Assembly: GCA_018304465.1 (NCBI GenBank)
Contig: JAGVWC010000010.1
Location: 32,001 to 96,000, forward strand
DNA length: 64,000 nucleotides
Source of the DNA: Candidatus Iainarchaeum sp.
Lineage (GTDB): Archaea > Iainarchaeota > Iainarchaeia > Iainarchaeales > JAGVWC01
Direction: 5' to 3'
Positions 30,366-40,151 of the stretch are shown here, one piece after another. The position numbers were made by a program, and so were the translations under genes. Under the pieces are notes generated by a model. That model had not been told where the DNA came from. It saw nothing but the letters and a program-made list of their open reading frames with translations, and did not search any database. The number at the start of each line of letters is the position of its first letter. The stretch's first letter is position 1.

Positions 30366-31070
30366 CTAAAAGTTAGTCAAGGCAGCCCAGTAATCTTTGA
30401 ACCGTTTCTTTTCTTCGTTAGAAACTGGGATCGGATTCGCCGCAATTGTTTTTAGCAATTGCTCTTCCGAAACAGTTTTGTTCAAAAAAGCGAATGTTTT
30501 GAGTAAAAGAACAATAAAAGAAATTTGAAAGCGTTCAATACGATTAGGGTTTTTGTTTTTTAGTTCTTGGATAATTACCTTGGTGAGAATGCTCAACTCA
30601 AGAATCGCTTGGTCAAAAACCAGAATTTTTTTGATCTGGGTTTTATCGTTCGTTAGACCGAGCGCATTATGATTAAACGTTCTGATTTCGGCTAGTTTTC
30701 CTTCAATTCGAACATACAATTGAAGCGTAAATGAAAGCTGCTGATTTTCGGGAATTGCCTCAATGTGCTTTCGTAACGAAGAAAACTTTTTACTTTCAAA
30801 CAAGTTTCGAAACGTATCCAGAACATTCTGTTGGTTCCTCGGGGATAATTCTGTTTTTCCCAGTTCTTCCATCGTTTTGAGTAACGAAGGATCAGGAGTG
30901 CTAGCAATTTTTTCGAGTTCTTGAAACGCTTTGACAAGCGCTTCACGCTTTGGTTGATGTAAGTCGACCTGTAATTGAGTGCTTGAAACCGATTGAATAA
31001 CATAGGTTAAGGGAGATAAGGCTAACTCAAAAGGGTTTGGCGTTACAGCATCGCTTTTTGATGGGTACAT
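30366..31070 (-). CDS. Helical hypothetical protein, co-transcribed upstream of PIN gene
   Basis: 8-nt gap to PIN gene; no family recognised. Confidence 0.6.
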   Translation of the reverse strand: MYPSKSDAVTPNPFELALSPLTYVIQSVSSTQLQVDLHQPKREALVKAFQELEKIASTPDPSLLKTMEELGKTELSPRNQQNVLDTFRNLFESKKFSSLRKHIEAIPENQQLSFTLQLYVRIEGKLAEIRTFNHNALGLTNDKTQIKKILVFDQAILELSILTKVIIQELKNKNPNRIERFQISFIVLLLKTFAFLNKTVSEEQLLKTIAANPIPVSNEEKKRFKDYWAALTNF

Positions 31071-31092
31071 AACAATCCATTCTTTTTTATTG

Positions 31093-31929
31093 TTAAAAAC
31101 ATATCGATTTTTCGTATTGTTGCGGATAAAGGAAGTTTAGGATGATTTTGGCGGTTTTTGAAATTGCTTCGAAAAAATAAGTTAAATCTTTGGAAGGAAA
31201 CCCCAAAGGTGCCAGATATACCGAACTTTTAGAGTTTAAGCCAATGGCTCTGGTCACTACATAGCAAACGCTTTCCGCTTGAATTTCTTTTGCTCGCGTA
31301 GGCAAAGAAGAATACGGTAAGGAATAATGTAATAACTCATGGGCGATCTCATGAATAAGTGTACAGGTTTTCATATCGATGGATTGATCTTCTCCAATAA
31401 TGATTTTTCCACCGGCACTATAACCGTAAGCATTGTGTAAGCCCAATTTTTCGAATGACACTTTTATTTTTTGAAGTTCACAAAATTCAATTAACCGAAG
31501 GAATGTTGATTCATGAAATGAACTATTAATCACTGGAGACGCATCTAGCAAAGGAGCTCCACTGGTTTGAGAAATATCAAACACGGATACGGAATGAAAA
31601 TATACCCGTGTTTCTTCCTCTTCATTTCCAGTAGTTTCAGATGAGGTTAATTTTTTCTTAAACGGAGCGAGAATTTTAATAGCTTTTTCTCCTGCGTTTA
31701 CCTGGCGACCCAATGCGCACCAGGCCCGATACCCTGCCACGCGCGTTGCGGTTTCTTTTTGCGCTAAGATAAGCAACTGGTTGCGATAAGAGTAATTCCA
31801 AAAACGAGTCAACAGGTCCAAGTAGTTCTTGAATTTCTCAGATTGACGAACTGAATTCGTTTCTTGGGCCAAATCCTCCAAATACTGTTTTATTTTTGTA
31901 TCGAGGATAGAATTTTCATACTGTTGCAT
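31093..31929 (-). CDS. ArdC-like ssDNA-binding domain plus zincin metallopeptidase (antirestriction/polyvalent-protein type)
   Basis: FWNYSYRNQLLI, VAGYRAW..LGRQV..GEKAIKILAP, VFDISQT, HEIAHELLH, EIQAES. Confidence 0.85.
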   Translation of the reverse strand: MQQYENSILDTKIKQYLEDLAQETNSVRQSEKFKNYLDLLTRFWNYSYRNQLLILAQKETATRVAGYRAWCALGRQVNAGEKAIKILAPFKKKLTSSETTGNEEEETRVYFHSVSVFDISQTSGAPLLDASPVINSSFHESTFLRLIEFCELQKIKVSFEKLGLHNAYGYSAGGKIIIGEDQSIDMKTCTLIHEIAHELLHYSLPYSSLPTRAKEIQAESVCYVVTRAIGLNSKSSVYLAPLGFPSKDLTYFFEAISKTAKIILNFLYPQQYEKSICF

Positions 31930-32102
31930 TCGAAGGAATATCTGCTGAGCTAAGAAGAATGTTTGTAGGCGCCGCATTGCCACTGATATTGTCGAAAAAA
32001 CGATCGATTTAAATATCGCCAAACGTTTCACCGGCAATCCCCCTCGCCACGGTTTATTAATCGTTTTCTGCACGCAATCAAACAAACAACGGAGGAATGA
32101 TA

Positions 32103-32324
32103 ATGGCAGATACGTACATCGACAAGAAAGGATACCGGCGATTTTCAGATAGCAGTAACCTTGTACATCAATGGGTTGCAGAACAAAAAGTGGGTGGGCC
32201 ACTTCGACCTGGAAGCGTTGTACACCACAAAGATCGAGACAAACTCAACAACGATCCAGATAACCTTTGGGTGTTCAAGAGCCAGAAAAAACACTGGAAA
32301 ACACATCAGAAAGACGGGCATTAA
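32103..32324 (+). CDS. Minimal HNH endonuclease
   Basis: GY...HQWVAE...VVHHKDRDKLNNDPDNL...H...H; GGAGG SD. Confidence 0.8.
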   Translation: MADTYIDKKGYRRFSDSSNLVHQWVAEQKVGGPLRPGSVVHHKDRDKLNNDPDNLWVFKSQKKHWKTHQKDGH

Positions 32325-32392
32325 ACTGAGTGAAGATACACTTGCCAAGATTTATCAATAATAACCATGCACACATTTGAACGGGACCAGCG

Positions 32393-32773
32393 ATGACTAC
32401 TCACAATAAAAAAGAACCAGAATCCGACAAACCCTTAGAAGCACTCTCATTAAAGCAAGTGCATGAACTTGGAAAAGAATGGGAACTCGCAGCTATACAA
32501 GACAAAAAAAATGCAAGCAATTTGGTATATCTACTCATCGGAATACTTGTTGGACTATTGGCAAATATATGGACAAATTTGTTGTTTTTTTATATTGAAA
32601 AGCACGTCCAGTCTAAAGATATTCTTTTACAGAATTCTACGATTTTTACGCTTGTATTAACAGGCGTTATTTTCTTCATAGCTTGGAGAATCTCATCAAT
32701 GGTCGATGAACTTCAAAATAAAGCACAATACAAACAGTTTTATTCAAAACTATTCAAAAATGCAAAAAAGTAA
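32393..32773 (+). CDS. 2-TM membrane protein
   Basis: Two hydrophobic helices; AT-rich. Confidence 0.6.
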   Translation: MTTHNKKEPESDKPLEALSLKQVHELGKEWELAAIQDKKNASNLVYLLIGILVGLLANIWTNLLFFYIEKHVQSKDILLQNSTIFTLVLTGVIFFIAWRISSMVDELQNKAQYKQFYSKLFKNAKK

Positions 32774-32830
32774 TTAAAGAGCTATCCGCATCCCCGTCTT
32801 TTGCTTGCAGGGGCGAACCATAACAGAGCA

Positions 32831-33427
32831 TTAAACGATCGAAGCGGTTTGGACGTCTCCGGCGCGTTCGTAGTTCGCGAATATCACGCCCAACGGGGAA
32901 ATGTTGGATTTCTTTAATTTGAACGCCGCGGGAATCGCGCCGCCGTCAAACAAGCGTTTTCCTTTTCCAAGCGTGATCGGAAAAATTTTGAGCCACAATT
33001 CGTCCACCAAATCGTTTTTCAACAAGGTTTGAATGAAATTCGCGCTGCCATGTACTTGCAGATCCGGACCGTTCGAAGATTTTAGTTTTTTAAGTTCGTC
33101 CAATAGGTTGCCTTTCAAAAACACCGTGTTTTTCCACACGGATTTCGAAAGCGACTTCGAGGCCACGAATTTTGTTTTTTCATTGATGCCCGGCCATTGA
33201 TCCGCGTGATCCGGCCAATACGCCGCAAAAATATCAAACGTTTTGCGACCCAACAGCAAGTCAGAGGGACCCATTTGTTTTTCCATTTCTTTTCCCGAAA
33301 AATCGTCAAAATACAGTGTCACCCATCCGCCGAATTTGAATCCGCCGGACGAATCCTCTGTCGGACCCCCGGGCGCTTGCACGACACCGTCAAGCGTGAC
33401 GAACTGCAACACAATGATTTTTCGCAT
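32831..33427 (-). CDS. RibD C-terminal/dihydrofolate reductase-like protein
   Basis: TLDGVVQAPGG, LLLGRKTF, GSA, LVDEL..P..LGKGKRLF. Confidence 0.9.
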   Translation of the reverse strand: MRKIIVLQFVTLDGVVQAPGGPTEDSSGGFKFGGWVTLYFDDFSGKEMEKQMGPSDLLLGRKTFDIFAAYWPDHADQWPGINEKTKFVASKSLSKSVWKNTVFLKGNLLDELKKLKSSNGPDLQVHGSANFIQTLLKNDLVDELWLKIFPITLGKGKRLFDGGAIPAAFKLKKSNISPLGVIFANYERAGDVQTASIV

Positions 33428-33432
33428 TCGAA

Positions 33433-33921
33433 TCAACCCCTTTTTCCCTTGGCGGCTTTTTCCAAGTCCATTACATTAATCCGTTTCATGTCCAGCAATG
33501 CTTTCATGGCGTTTTTCTTTTTTTCGGAATCCGCGGTTTTCATCCAGGCGTCAAAGTCTTTTGGAATCAATTGCCACGAAATCCCGAATTTGTCTTTTAA
33601 CCATCCGCACATTTCCGCGTTGGGGTCCGCGGATAGCTTGGCATAGTAGTAATCGATTTCTTTTTGGTCTTTGCACGGAATCATCAGCGAAATCGCTTCA
33701 TTGAACTTGAAATAGGGTCCGCCGTTTAACGCCAAGAATTCGTTTCCGTCCAATTCGAACGAAACCGTCATGACGCTTCCAACGGGTTTGTTCGAAGGCG
33801 TTTCTGTGACATATTTTTCGATTTGCGTTATTTTTGAATTCGGAAACACCGAAACATAGAATCGGCTGGCTTCTTCGGCTTGGCCGTCAAACCACAAACA
33901 AGGCGAAATTTTTCGAGACAT
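33433..33921 (-). CDS. PhnB-like VOC protein (3-demethylubiquinone methyltransferase family)
   Basis: PCLWFDGQAEEA, ALNGGP, CGWLKDKFGISWQ. Confidence 0.9.
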   Translation of the reverse strand: MSRKISPCLWFDGQAEEASRFYVSVFPNSKITQIEKYVTETPSNKPVGSVMTVSFELDGNEFLALNGGPYFKFNEAISLMIPCKDQKEIDYYYAKLSADPNAEMCGWLKDKFGISWQLIPKDFDAWMKTADSEKKKNAMKALLDMKRINVMDLEKAAKGKRG

Positions 33922-33935
33922 GCTTTTTCCTCCCT

Positions 33936-34028
33936 TTACATGGACTCCGGTTGCATCAAACCCGCGCGGTTTCCTTCGGAACGTTTTCGGTCTGTTGCCG
34001 GCATTTCGAAATGAATCACGGGATTCAT
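33936..34028 (-). pseudogene. VOC/glyoxalase gene reduced to fused N- and C-termini by in-frame internal deletion
   Basis: MNPVIHFEMPATDRKR joined to SEGNRAGLMQP. Confidence 0.7.
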
Positions 34029-34062
34029 TGTCATGTACCAATACTCCATTTTTTTCTTTTTT

Positions 34063-34452
34063 TTACATTTGATAGATTTGAATCAGGTTTCCGCAAGTAT
34101 CATCAAACACCGCTTGAATGGTCGGGCCCTGATGCGCGGGTTTTTGGTGAAATTTGACTCCGAGTCGGGTTAAACGCTCGAATTCTTTCTGCACATCCGC
34201 CACCCAAAACGCCGTAAAAGGAATACCGTCGCGTTTAAGCGATTCTTTCAAGGCTTTCATCGCGGGATACCGGCCATTGGGTTCCAGCACGAGTTCCACG
34301 CCGTCGGGATCTTCCGGTGACACTACCGTGATCCACCGTTCTTGGGCGCCTAAAGGAATATCCCGTTTCTTGACAAACCCCAAGACCTCGGTGTAAAACA
34401 ACAAGGCTTGATCATAGTCTTCGATTGGAATACTAGTGAGCTTGATCCGCAT
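34063..34452 (-). CDS. VOC/glyoxalase family protein
   Basis: FYTEVLGF, FDDTCGNLIQ. Confidence 0.9.
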   Translation of the reverse strand: MRIKLTSIPIEDYDQALLFYTEVLGFVKKRDIPLGAQERWITVVSPEDPDGVELVLEPNGRYPAMKALKESLKRDGIPFTAFWVADVQKEFERLTRLGVKFHQKPAHQGPTIQAVFDDTCGNLIQIYQM

Positions 34453-34475
34453 GACAAACCGCCTCTAAGCGAAAT

Positions 34476-34841
34476 TTACCATTCCACCAAAGCCTTGAAT
34501 CCGCCGTACGCCATGCGTTTGGGATCAAAGGGCATCACCATGTTTTTCATTTTGGGATCGTTCATCACTGGGTCCGACATGACTTTCTTGTTCACGCTAT
34601 CGCGGTGCTTGCGGGATTTATACACGATAAACGAAAACACGACGGTTTCGCCGGATTTTGTTTTGGCAAGTTTTGGAAAACGCGTCACGGTTCCTTTCGG
34701 CGCCAAATCATCCCCGATGGCTTCCGTGTATTGCAATGCACCGTATTTTTTCCAAAGCTTGGCGCCTAATTGAGCCATTTTTTTATACGATTGAACATTT
34801 TTCTTTGAAATCGGGATTACAAATCCGTCCACATACGTCAA
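34476..34841 (-). CDS. DUF1428 family protein
   Basis: YVDGFV.P, ETVVFS, MPFDPKRMAYGGF. Confidence 0.9.
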   Translation of the reverse strand: MTYVDGFVIPISKKNVQSYKKMAQLGAKLWKKYGALQYTEAIGDDLAPKGTVTRFPKLAKTKSGETVVFSFIVYKSRKHRDSVNKKVMSDPVMNDPKMKNMVMPFDPKRMAYGGFKALVEW

Positions 34842-34910
34842 AACAAAAACCCCCTTGGTTTAGTTCAAACTCCGAAAAGTTTATAACTTAATTGAATTAT
34901 AAAAATTTGC

Positions 34911-35321
34911 ATGATCAAACAAATATTCGTGAATCTTCCCGTGGAAAACCTCGAGCGATCCATCGCTTTTTTTTCCAAAATGGGTTTTTCATTCAATCCC
35001 CAGTTTACCGATGAAAACGCGACGTGCATGATCATCGGCGAAAACATGTTCGCCATGCTCTTGGTCAAACCGTTTTTCAAATCGTTTATCCAAAAAGAAA
35101 TTTCAAACGCCAAAAAAACCAGCGAAGTGATTCTTGCGATTTCCCTCGAAAACCGATTCGAAGTCGACGAACTCATGGTCAAAGCGATTTCCGCCGGCGC
35201 CAAAGAACCGCGAAAACCCCAGGACCTGGGCTGGATGTATCAACGCGGTTTTGAAGACCCGGACGGACACCTCTGGGAAGTATTCTTCATGGATCCCGCC
35301 AAAGCGGGTTCGAATCCCTAA
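34911..35321 (+). CDS. VOC/glyoxalase family protein
   Basis: IFVNLPV, FNPQFTD, MYQRGFEDPDGHLWE. Confidence 0.9.
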   Translation: MIKQIFVNLPVENLERSIAFFSKMGFSFNPQFTDENATCMIIGENMFAMLLVKPFFKSFIQKEISNAKKTSEVILAISLENRFEVDELMVKAISAGAKEPRKPQDLGWMYQRGFEDPDGHLWEVFFMDPAKAGSNP

Positions 35322-35387
35322 AATCCAAACCGCTTTCGCTTTTTTCTTTTTTTGGGGGTTAATAAACACTACGCACTACTAGTATGT

Positions 35388-35660
35388 ATGGACAACCGAT
35401 TAGACAACCGAGTTTATTACACCCGACCCAATAAAGAAAAAGCGGCCACCGAAGACGAAATCATACGATTCGAAAAATTCGTTCTTGCGGATATTCACCG
35501 TGGAAAACAATTCTTCATCATCGAAGAATTTCCAATCAAATTTTTCGGTTACGCCACCAAAATCCGGCTTCAAAAAGTCATGGAACCCGTAGAAACCCTT
35601 TCCGAAGAATCCAACGGCCGCTTATACAAAGTCGTTTCCACCAGCAGCATTTACGAATAA
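35388..35660 (+). CDS. Small hypothetical protein
   Basis: ATG ORF with host-like codon usage. Confidence 0.55.
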   Translation: MDNRLDNRVYYTRPNKEKAATEDEIIRFEKFVLADIHRGKQFFIIEEFPIKFFGYATKIRLQKVMEPVETLSEESNGRLYKVVSTSSIYE

Positions 35661-35939
35661 TTTATTCGGGCGGAAACTATTTTTTTCTTCTTGGACCAGC
35701 GCTACATACCATGACATGCTTTGGCCTCGGGATTTTTCTCGGTTAGGTTTCGCCGTCCGCTCTACAACTGTTTTCATTCATTGATGTTCGGCAAAAAAAA
35801 TGCCGCCCACCCGTTCCAACAAGCCCGATTCGTTTTTCATCCAAAAACCCCTCTTAATCGCCGTTAACCCCCCCCCAACATATAAGTCGGTTATAGTTTT
35901 ATTATGAACGGTCGTCTTTACTATCCAGGAGGTGTTTTA

Positions 35940-36401
35940 ATGAAACGGGAACCAATGGATTTCAGCCGGTTATCCGAAACCATTAAAGCAAAGGAACTGG
36001 TCGGTAAAAAAGTCATGTCGGACACCGGCAAAGAAATCGGAAAAGTCAACGCCGTTCACCTCGACAAAGAGTCCCTGGCCATGGCCGGCATCGAAGTCGA
36101 CCGCGGACTCCTCGAAGTGGATTCCTTCATCGGAAAAGACTACATCTCTTCCATCGGAAACGAAGGAATCTTCCTTAACATCACGCCTGTCAGCGAATAC
36201 AAAGGCGCCAAAGTCCTTGACGCCGACGGTCACAACGTCGGACACGTCAAAGAAGTGCAGCGGGTGGGCGCCACCAACCAGCTCGAATCCATCGTCATCG
36301 ACCGCGGACTTGGAAAAGGCGACTTGGTCGTTGCCCGAAACGACATCCAGGTATTTGGCGACCGCATCATTTTAGGTCACCGCGTCAAATCCGTGGACTA
36401 A
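35940..36401 (+). CDS. Tandem PRC-barrel protein
   Basis: LVGKKV...GKEIGKV and GAKV..DGHNVGHV repeats; GGAGGTG SD. Confidence 0.85.
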   Translation: MKREPMDFSRLSETIKAKELVGKKVMSDTGKEIGKVNAVHLDKESLAMAGIEVDRGLLEVDSFIGKDYISSIGNEGIFLNITPVSEYKGAKVLDADGHNVGHVKEVQRVGATNQLESIVIDRGLGKGDLVVARNDIQVFGDRIILGHRVKSVD

Positions 36402-36533
36402 ACGGAAAGGCCCCTCCTTTCCATTCTCTTTTTCCACGACCCAGTCAAACCAAACGAAAAACAGAGTTGGAAAAGAAAACGAAGAATCCCAAAAGATTAA
36501 AAAGAACAAAAAAGAACTCTCTTTTTGAAGAAC

Positions 36534-36992
36534 ATGAAATGGGATCGACTCTTCATTGCGATCGGACTATGCGAACTCGCCGGATTCATCGGCGCGATTT
36601 TCACGTTACCCGCCTTGATCGATTGGTACCCCCGCCTCCAAAAACCGTTTTTTAACCCGCCCAACTGGGTGTTCGCCCCCGTGTGGATTCTGTTGTACGC
36701 GTCCATGGGAATCGCGGTGTACTGGGCGTCCGAAAAAGGACTCACCCAAAAAGCCAAGGTCTTGTTTGGAATTCAATTGGGATTAAACGTTTTATGGACG
36801 ATCTTGTTTTTCGGACTCAAAAACCCAGCCCTCGGATTTGTCGGAATCCTATTGCTTTGGATATCCATTATGGCCACCATGCTTGAATTTCGAAAAATCG
36901 AACCCAAAGCCGCCGCGATTCTGATACCCTATTTGTTGTGGACGACGTTTGCGGGAATCCTCAATTTTTACGTGATGATCCTAAATCCCTAA
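36534..36992 (+). CDS. tspO: TspO/MBR family membrane protein
   Basis: WY..LQKP.FNPPNWVFAPVW, LIPYLLW..FA..LN. Confidence 0.92.
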   Translation: MKWDRLFIAIGLCELAGFIGAIFTLPALIDWYPRLQKPFFNPPNWVFAPVWILLYASMGIAVYWASEKGLTQKAKVLFGIQLGLNVLWTILFFGLKNPALGFVGILLLWISIMATMLEFRKIEPKAAAILIPYLLWTTFAGILNFYVMILNP

Positions 36993-37052
36993 AAAAAACC
37001 TTTCTTTGGCCCCCGATTTTGTTTATAATGCTTTCGGGCTTAGCACATAGAA

Positions 37053-37520
37053 ATGGAAACCCTCTTGGCCAACCCCGACTTGGTGCTTAAACTCGGTTTA
37101 TCCGTCATCATCGGTGCCTTGATCGGACTTGAACGCGAACTCGACGCCATGCCCGCGGGGTTTCGAACCCACATGCTGGTGTGTCTTGGCGCCACGTTGT
37201 TTACGATTCTTTCGATTGCGTATCCCGGCGGAGACCCGACCCGCATCGCGTCCCAAATCGTCGTTGGAATCGGGTTTTTAGGTGCCGGCGCGATCTTTAA
37301 AGCCGAAGGATCCACGCGCGGACTCACCACCGCAGCGGACTTATGGGCGTTGGCGGCCATCGGAATGGCCATTGGATTCGGCGAATACGTTCTGGCCTTG
37401 GTGGCAACGATCGTGGTATTGCTCATGCTGATGCTCAAAAAAATGCCTTTTTTCAAGAATTTCGTGCAAAAACACCACTTGTTCCAAAAACGCATTGAAA
37501 AAGAAGCGCCACCCCAGTAA
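37053..37520 (+). CDS. MgtC/SapB family membrane protein
   Basis: IGLERE, AGFRTH, DPTRIASQIVVGIGFLGAG, GLTTAA. Confidence 0.92.
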   Translation: METLLANPDLVLKLGLSVIIGALIGLERELDAMPAGFRTHMLVCLGATLFTILSIAYPGGDPTRIASQIVVGIGFLGAGAIFKAEGSTRGLTTAADLWALAAIGMAIGFGEYVLALVATIVVLLMLMLKKMPFFKNFVQKHHLFQKRIEKEAPPQ

Positions 37521-37567
37521 ACGCATGTATCCAAAACCCCTAAAAGAACAATCCTCCTTTTTCTTAC

Positions 37568-38122
37568 ATGGCCAATTATTACCTGGACATCGAAACCACG
37601 GGACTGGATCCTCAAAAAGACAAAGTCATTACGATTCAATTCCAGGAACTCGACCGATCCAGCGGCGAACCCATCGGAAAACTCGTGATTCTAAAAGAAT
37701 GGGAATCCAACGAAAAAAAAATCCTGGAACAATTCATCGACGAATGCCACCTCAAAGACCCGTACCCCTTCACGTTTGTTCCCATCGGAAACAATTTTAA
37801 TTTCAAACACAATTTTTTGCTTGAAAAAACCAAACACTACGGCCTTCCCCCTATCGACATTTTGTCGCGTCCCTTCATTGACTTGCGCAGCTTTACCATT
37901 ATCATGAACAAAGGCGAATTCAAAGGAAGCGGCCTTGACAAAATCACGGGAAAAAACCTGGACGGAAACAAAGTTCCGCACTGGTACTATCACCAGGAAT
38001 TCGACACGATTGAAATATACATCAAAGACAAAACCCACGAATTCGTCAAACTCACCACCTGGTTGTACCGCGAAATGCCCAAGTTTTTGGAACGATTCCA
38101 AATCGAAAACCGGGTTCGCTAA
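37568..38122 (+). CDS. RNase H-like/DnaQ-type 3'-5' exonuclease domain protein
   Basis: YLDIETTG, FIDL, EIY..D. Confidence 0.7.
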   Translation: MANYYLDIETTGLDPQKDKVITIQFQELDRSSGEPIGKLVILKEWESNEKKILEQFIDECHLKDPYPFTFVPIGNNFNFKHNFLLEKTKHYGLPPIDILSRPFIDLRSFTIIMNKGEFKGSGLDKITGKNLDGNKVPHWYYHQEFDTIEIYIKDKTHEFVKLTTWLYREMPKFLERFQIENRVR

Positions 38123-38156
38123 CCGGTTTATAATGCGTTTATCCCATTGAACGTAT

Positions 38157-39086
38157 ATGGCGCCAACCACAGAACATTTCTTAGCCGTATCCGACGGACA
38201 CCAATTACACTTTCAAACCCGCGGAAAACCGAACGGAAAACCCGTGTTGTTTTTGCACGGCGGCCCCGGCGGCGGTTGCTCCAAAAAAGACCAGCGATTC
38301 TTCAATTACAAACACTTAAACGTCACGTTTTTGGATCAGCGCGGAAGCGGCAAAAGCACGCCGTACGCCAGCACCCACGCCAACACCACCCAGCATTTGG
38401 TCGAAGACATCGACGTGTTGCTTGACCACCAAGGCATTGACCAGGTTTTTTTGTTTGGCGGCAGCTGGGGAAGCACCCTGGCACTCTGTTACGCCATCGC
38501 GAATCCCGATCGCGTCGCCGGAATGCTCTTACGCGGAATATTCTTTGGCAACGCCCCCGAAATCAAATACATTTTTGACGGTCCCGCCAAACACTTGTTT
38601 CCCAACGCCCGCGCCCGATTGTATTCACTGGTGCCCAAAGACCAGCACCACCGGATCGCCGAATACTATTACGAACAAATCAATTCCCAAAACAAAGCCA
38701 AAGCCCTCGAATACGCGTTCGAATGGGAATTATACGAACAATCCTTGCTCAAACTCGAACCCAATGAAAAACACACGGAAAAAAAAATGAAAGTCTGGAA
38801 TCCGCTGGCCATCGCACGCTTGGAAACCCATTACTTTGTCAACAATTGTTTTTTACCCAACAATTACATTCTCAACCACATTTTTTCCATCGAAGACATT
38901 CCGCTTTCCATCGTGCACGGCCGCTACGACATGATTTGTCCCCCCCAAAGCGCGGTGTCATTGCACGAAAAACACGGCAAAAGTAAACTGTTTTTGACCA
39001 CCGCCGGCCACGCGAGTTCGGATCCGGCCACCGAAAAACGCCTCAAAGCCGAAATGGAATCCATGCGAAAAAAAATCAAATGGTAA
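38157..39086 (+). CDS. pip: Prolyl aminopeptidase (S33)
   Basis: LHGGPGGG, DQRGSGKS, GGSWGSTL, HGRYD, AGH. Confidence 0.92.
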   Translation: MAPTTEHFLAVSDGHQLHFQTRGKPNGKPVLFLHGGPGGGCSKKDQRFFNYKHLNVTFLDQRGSGKSTPYASTHANTTQHLVEDIDVLLDHQGIDQVFLFGGSWGSTLALCYAIANPDRVAGMLLRGIFFGNAPEIKYIFDGPAKHLFPNARARLYSLVPKDQHHRIAEYYYEQINSQNKAKALEYAFEWELYEQSLLKLEPNEKHTEKKMKVWNPLAIARLETHYFVNNCFLPNNYILNHIFSIEDIPLSIVHGRYDMICPPQSAVSLHEKHGKSKLFLTTAGHASSDPATEKRLKAEMESMRKKIKW

Positions 39087-39179
39087 ACGAATTCATTCAA
39101 AAAAAAAGTTTTTAATTGTCTTCATGCCACAAGGGGCGTTGAAGAAAAGAAAAAAAATAGAAAAAGAAACCTGCGGGTT

Positions 39180-40013
39180 TTATCGCAGGTATTTGAGGGT
39201 GTTTTCAAACACGCCTTTGGTTGCGCCGGGATCGTAATTGAAATAAATTACTTTTCCGATGCCAAACCAGGTTTTTTCAACGACCGCGGGATACCAGGCC
39301 GGCGTCGTGACATTTTGAATGTACGCGACTTGGTTTCCGATCGGAGTCACATTGAAGGTTTCAAGGAACAACACCGCGTCCGGATCGGCGGGTGCGACTT
39401 CGATTCCTTCCATGATCTTGTGTTTGAAATCCTGTTGGAAAATCTTGGCGGTGACATGCACGGGTCGCGTACAGGTGGCCACGAAATCCTTTTCGTAATT
39501 GCATTCGACGGGCATGATGTCACCGAACGTGGCTTTCCAACCGATTACGTCGGACGCGCCATCGCGGTAAATACCCGAATCTTTGACGACGATCAGTTTT
39601 CCGCCGGTTTTGACCCAATCCTGAATCGCGTCACCTAAAACGCGCGGAACGGATTTATCGGCTTGTTTGGACTGGTCCAATAAAACGATTTTGTATTGCG
39701 CTAACTGGTCTTTGGGAGAAACCGATAACGAGCGCGCATCCCGAATCGTATAGCGCACCAAATCGCGGTCCTCGTCGAGAATCGCTTTCAATGTGGGCGA
39801 AGGCTCGCCGATGATCAACATGCGAACGGGTTCCGTTCCCAAACCGGGCAACGGCAAACTAAAAAAGCCAAATCGCGCTCCGGCATACACTGCGATAATG
39901 AGAATGATGATTAATGGAATCATGCTTTCGATATTGCTGGCCCGACTGCGAAAGCCCGTATCCGCGGGATAATCCTCGGCAGGTGCGGCACCGCCACCTT
40001 GTTCTGGATACAT
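39180..40013 (-). CDS. N-anchored membrane protein with glutamine-amidotransferase-like fold
   Basis: TM helix; LAQYKIVLL...WVKTGGKLI; GIGKVIYF. Confidence 0.6.
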   Translation of the reverse strand: MYPEQGGGAAPAEDYPADTGFRSRASNIESMIPLIIILIIAVYAGARFGFFSLPLPGLGTEPVRMLIIGEPSPTLKAILDEDRDLVRYTIRDARSLSVSPKDQLAQYKIVLLDQSKQADKSVPRVLGDAIQDWVKTGGKLIVVKDSGIYRDGASDVIGWKATFGDIMPVECNYEKDFVATCTRPVHVTAKIFQQDFKHKIMEGIEVAPADPDAVLFLETFNVTPIGNQVAYIQNVTTPAWYPAVVEKTWFGIGKVIYFNYDPGATKGVFENTLKYLR

Positions 40014-40151
40014 CTTTTATTCACCCACTCCAATTACTCTGTTAATATCGTGTGTTGTTTGGTTTAAATAATTTTGCTTTATTAAAGCACAGAATAAAGG
40101 TTTTCAGTATATATAAATGTTGCTTTCGCCGCTAAACGCCCTGGAAGCCGT

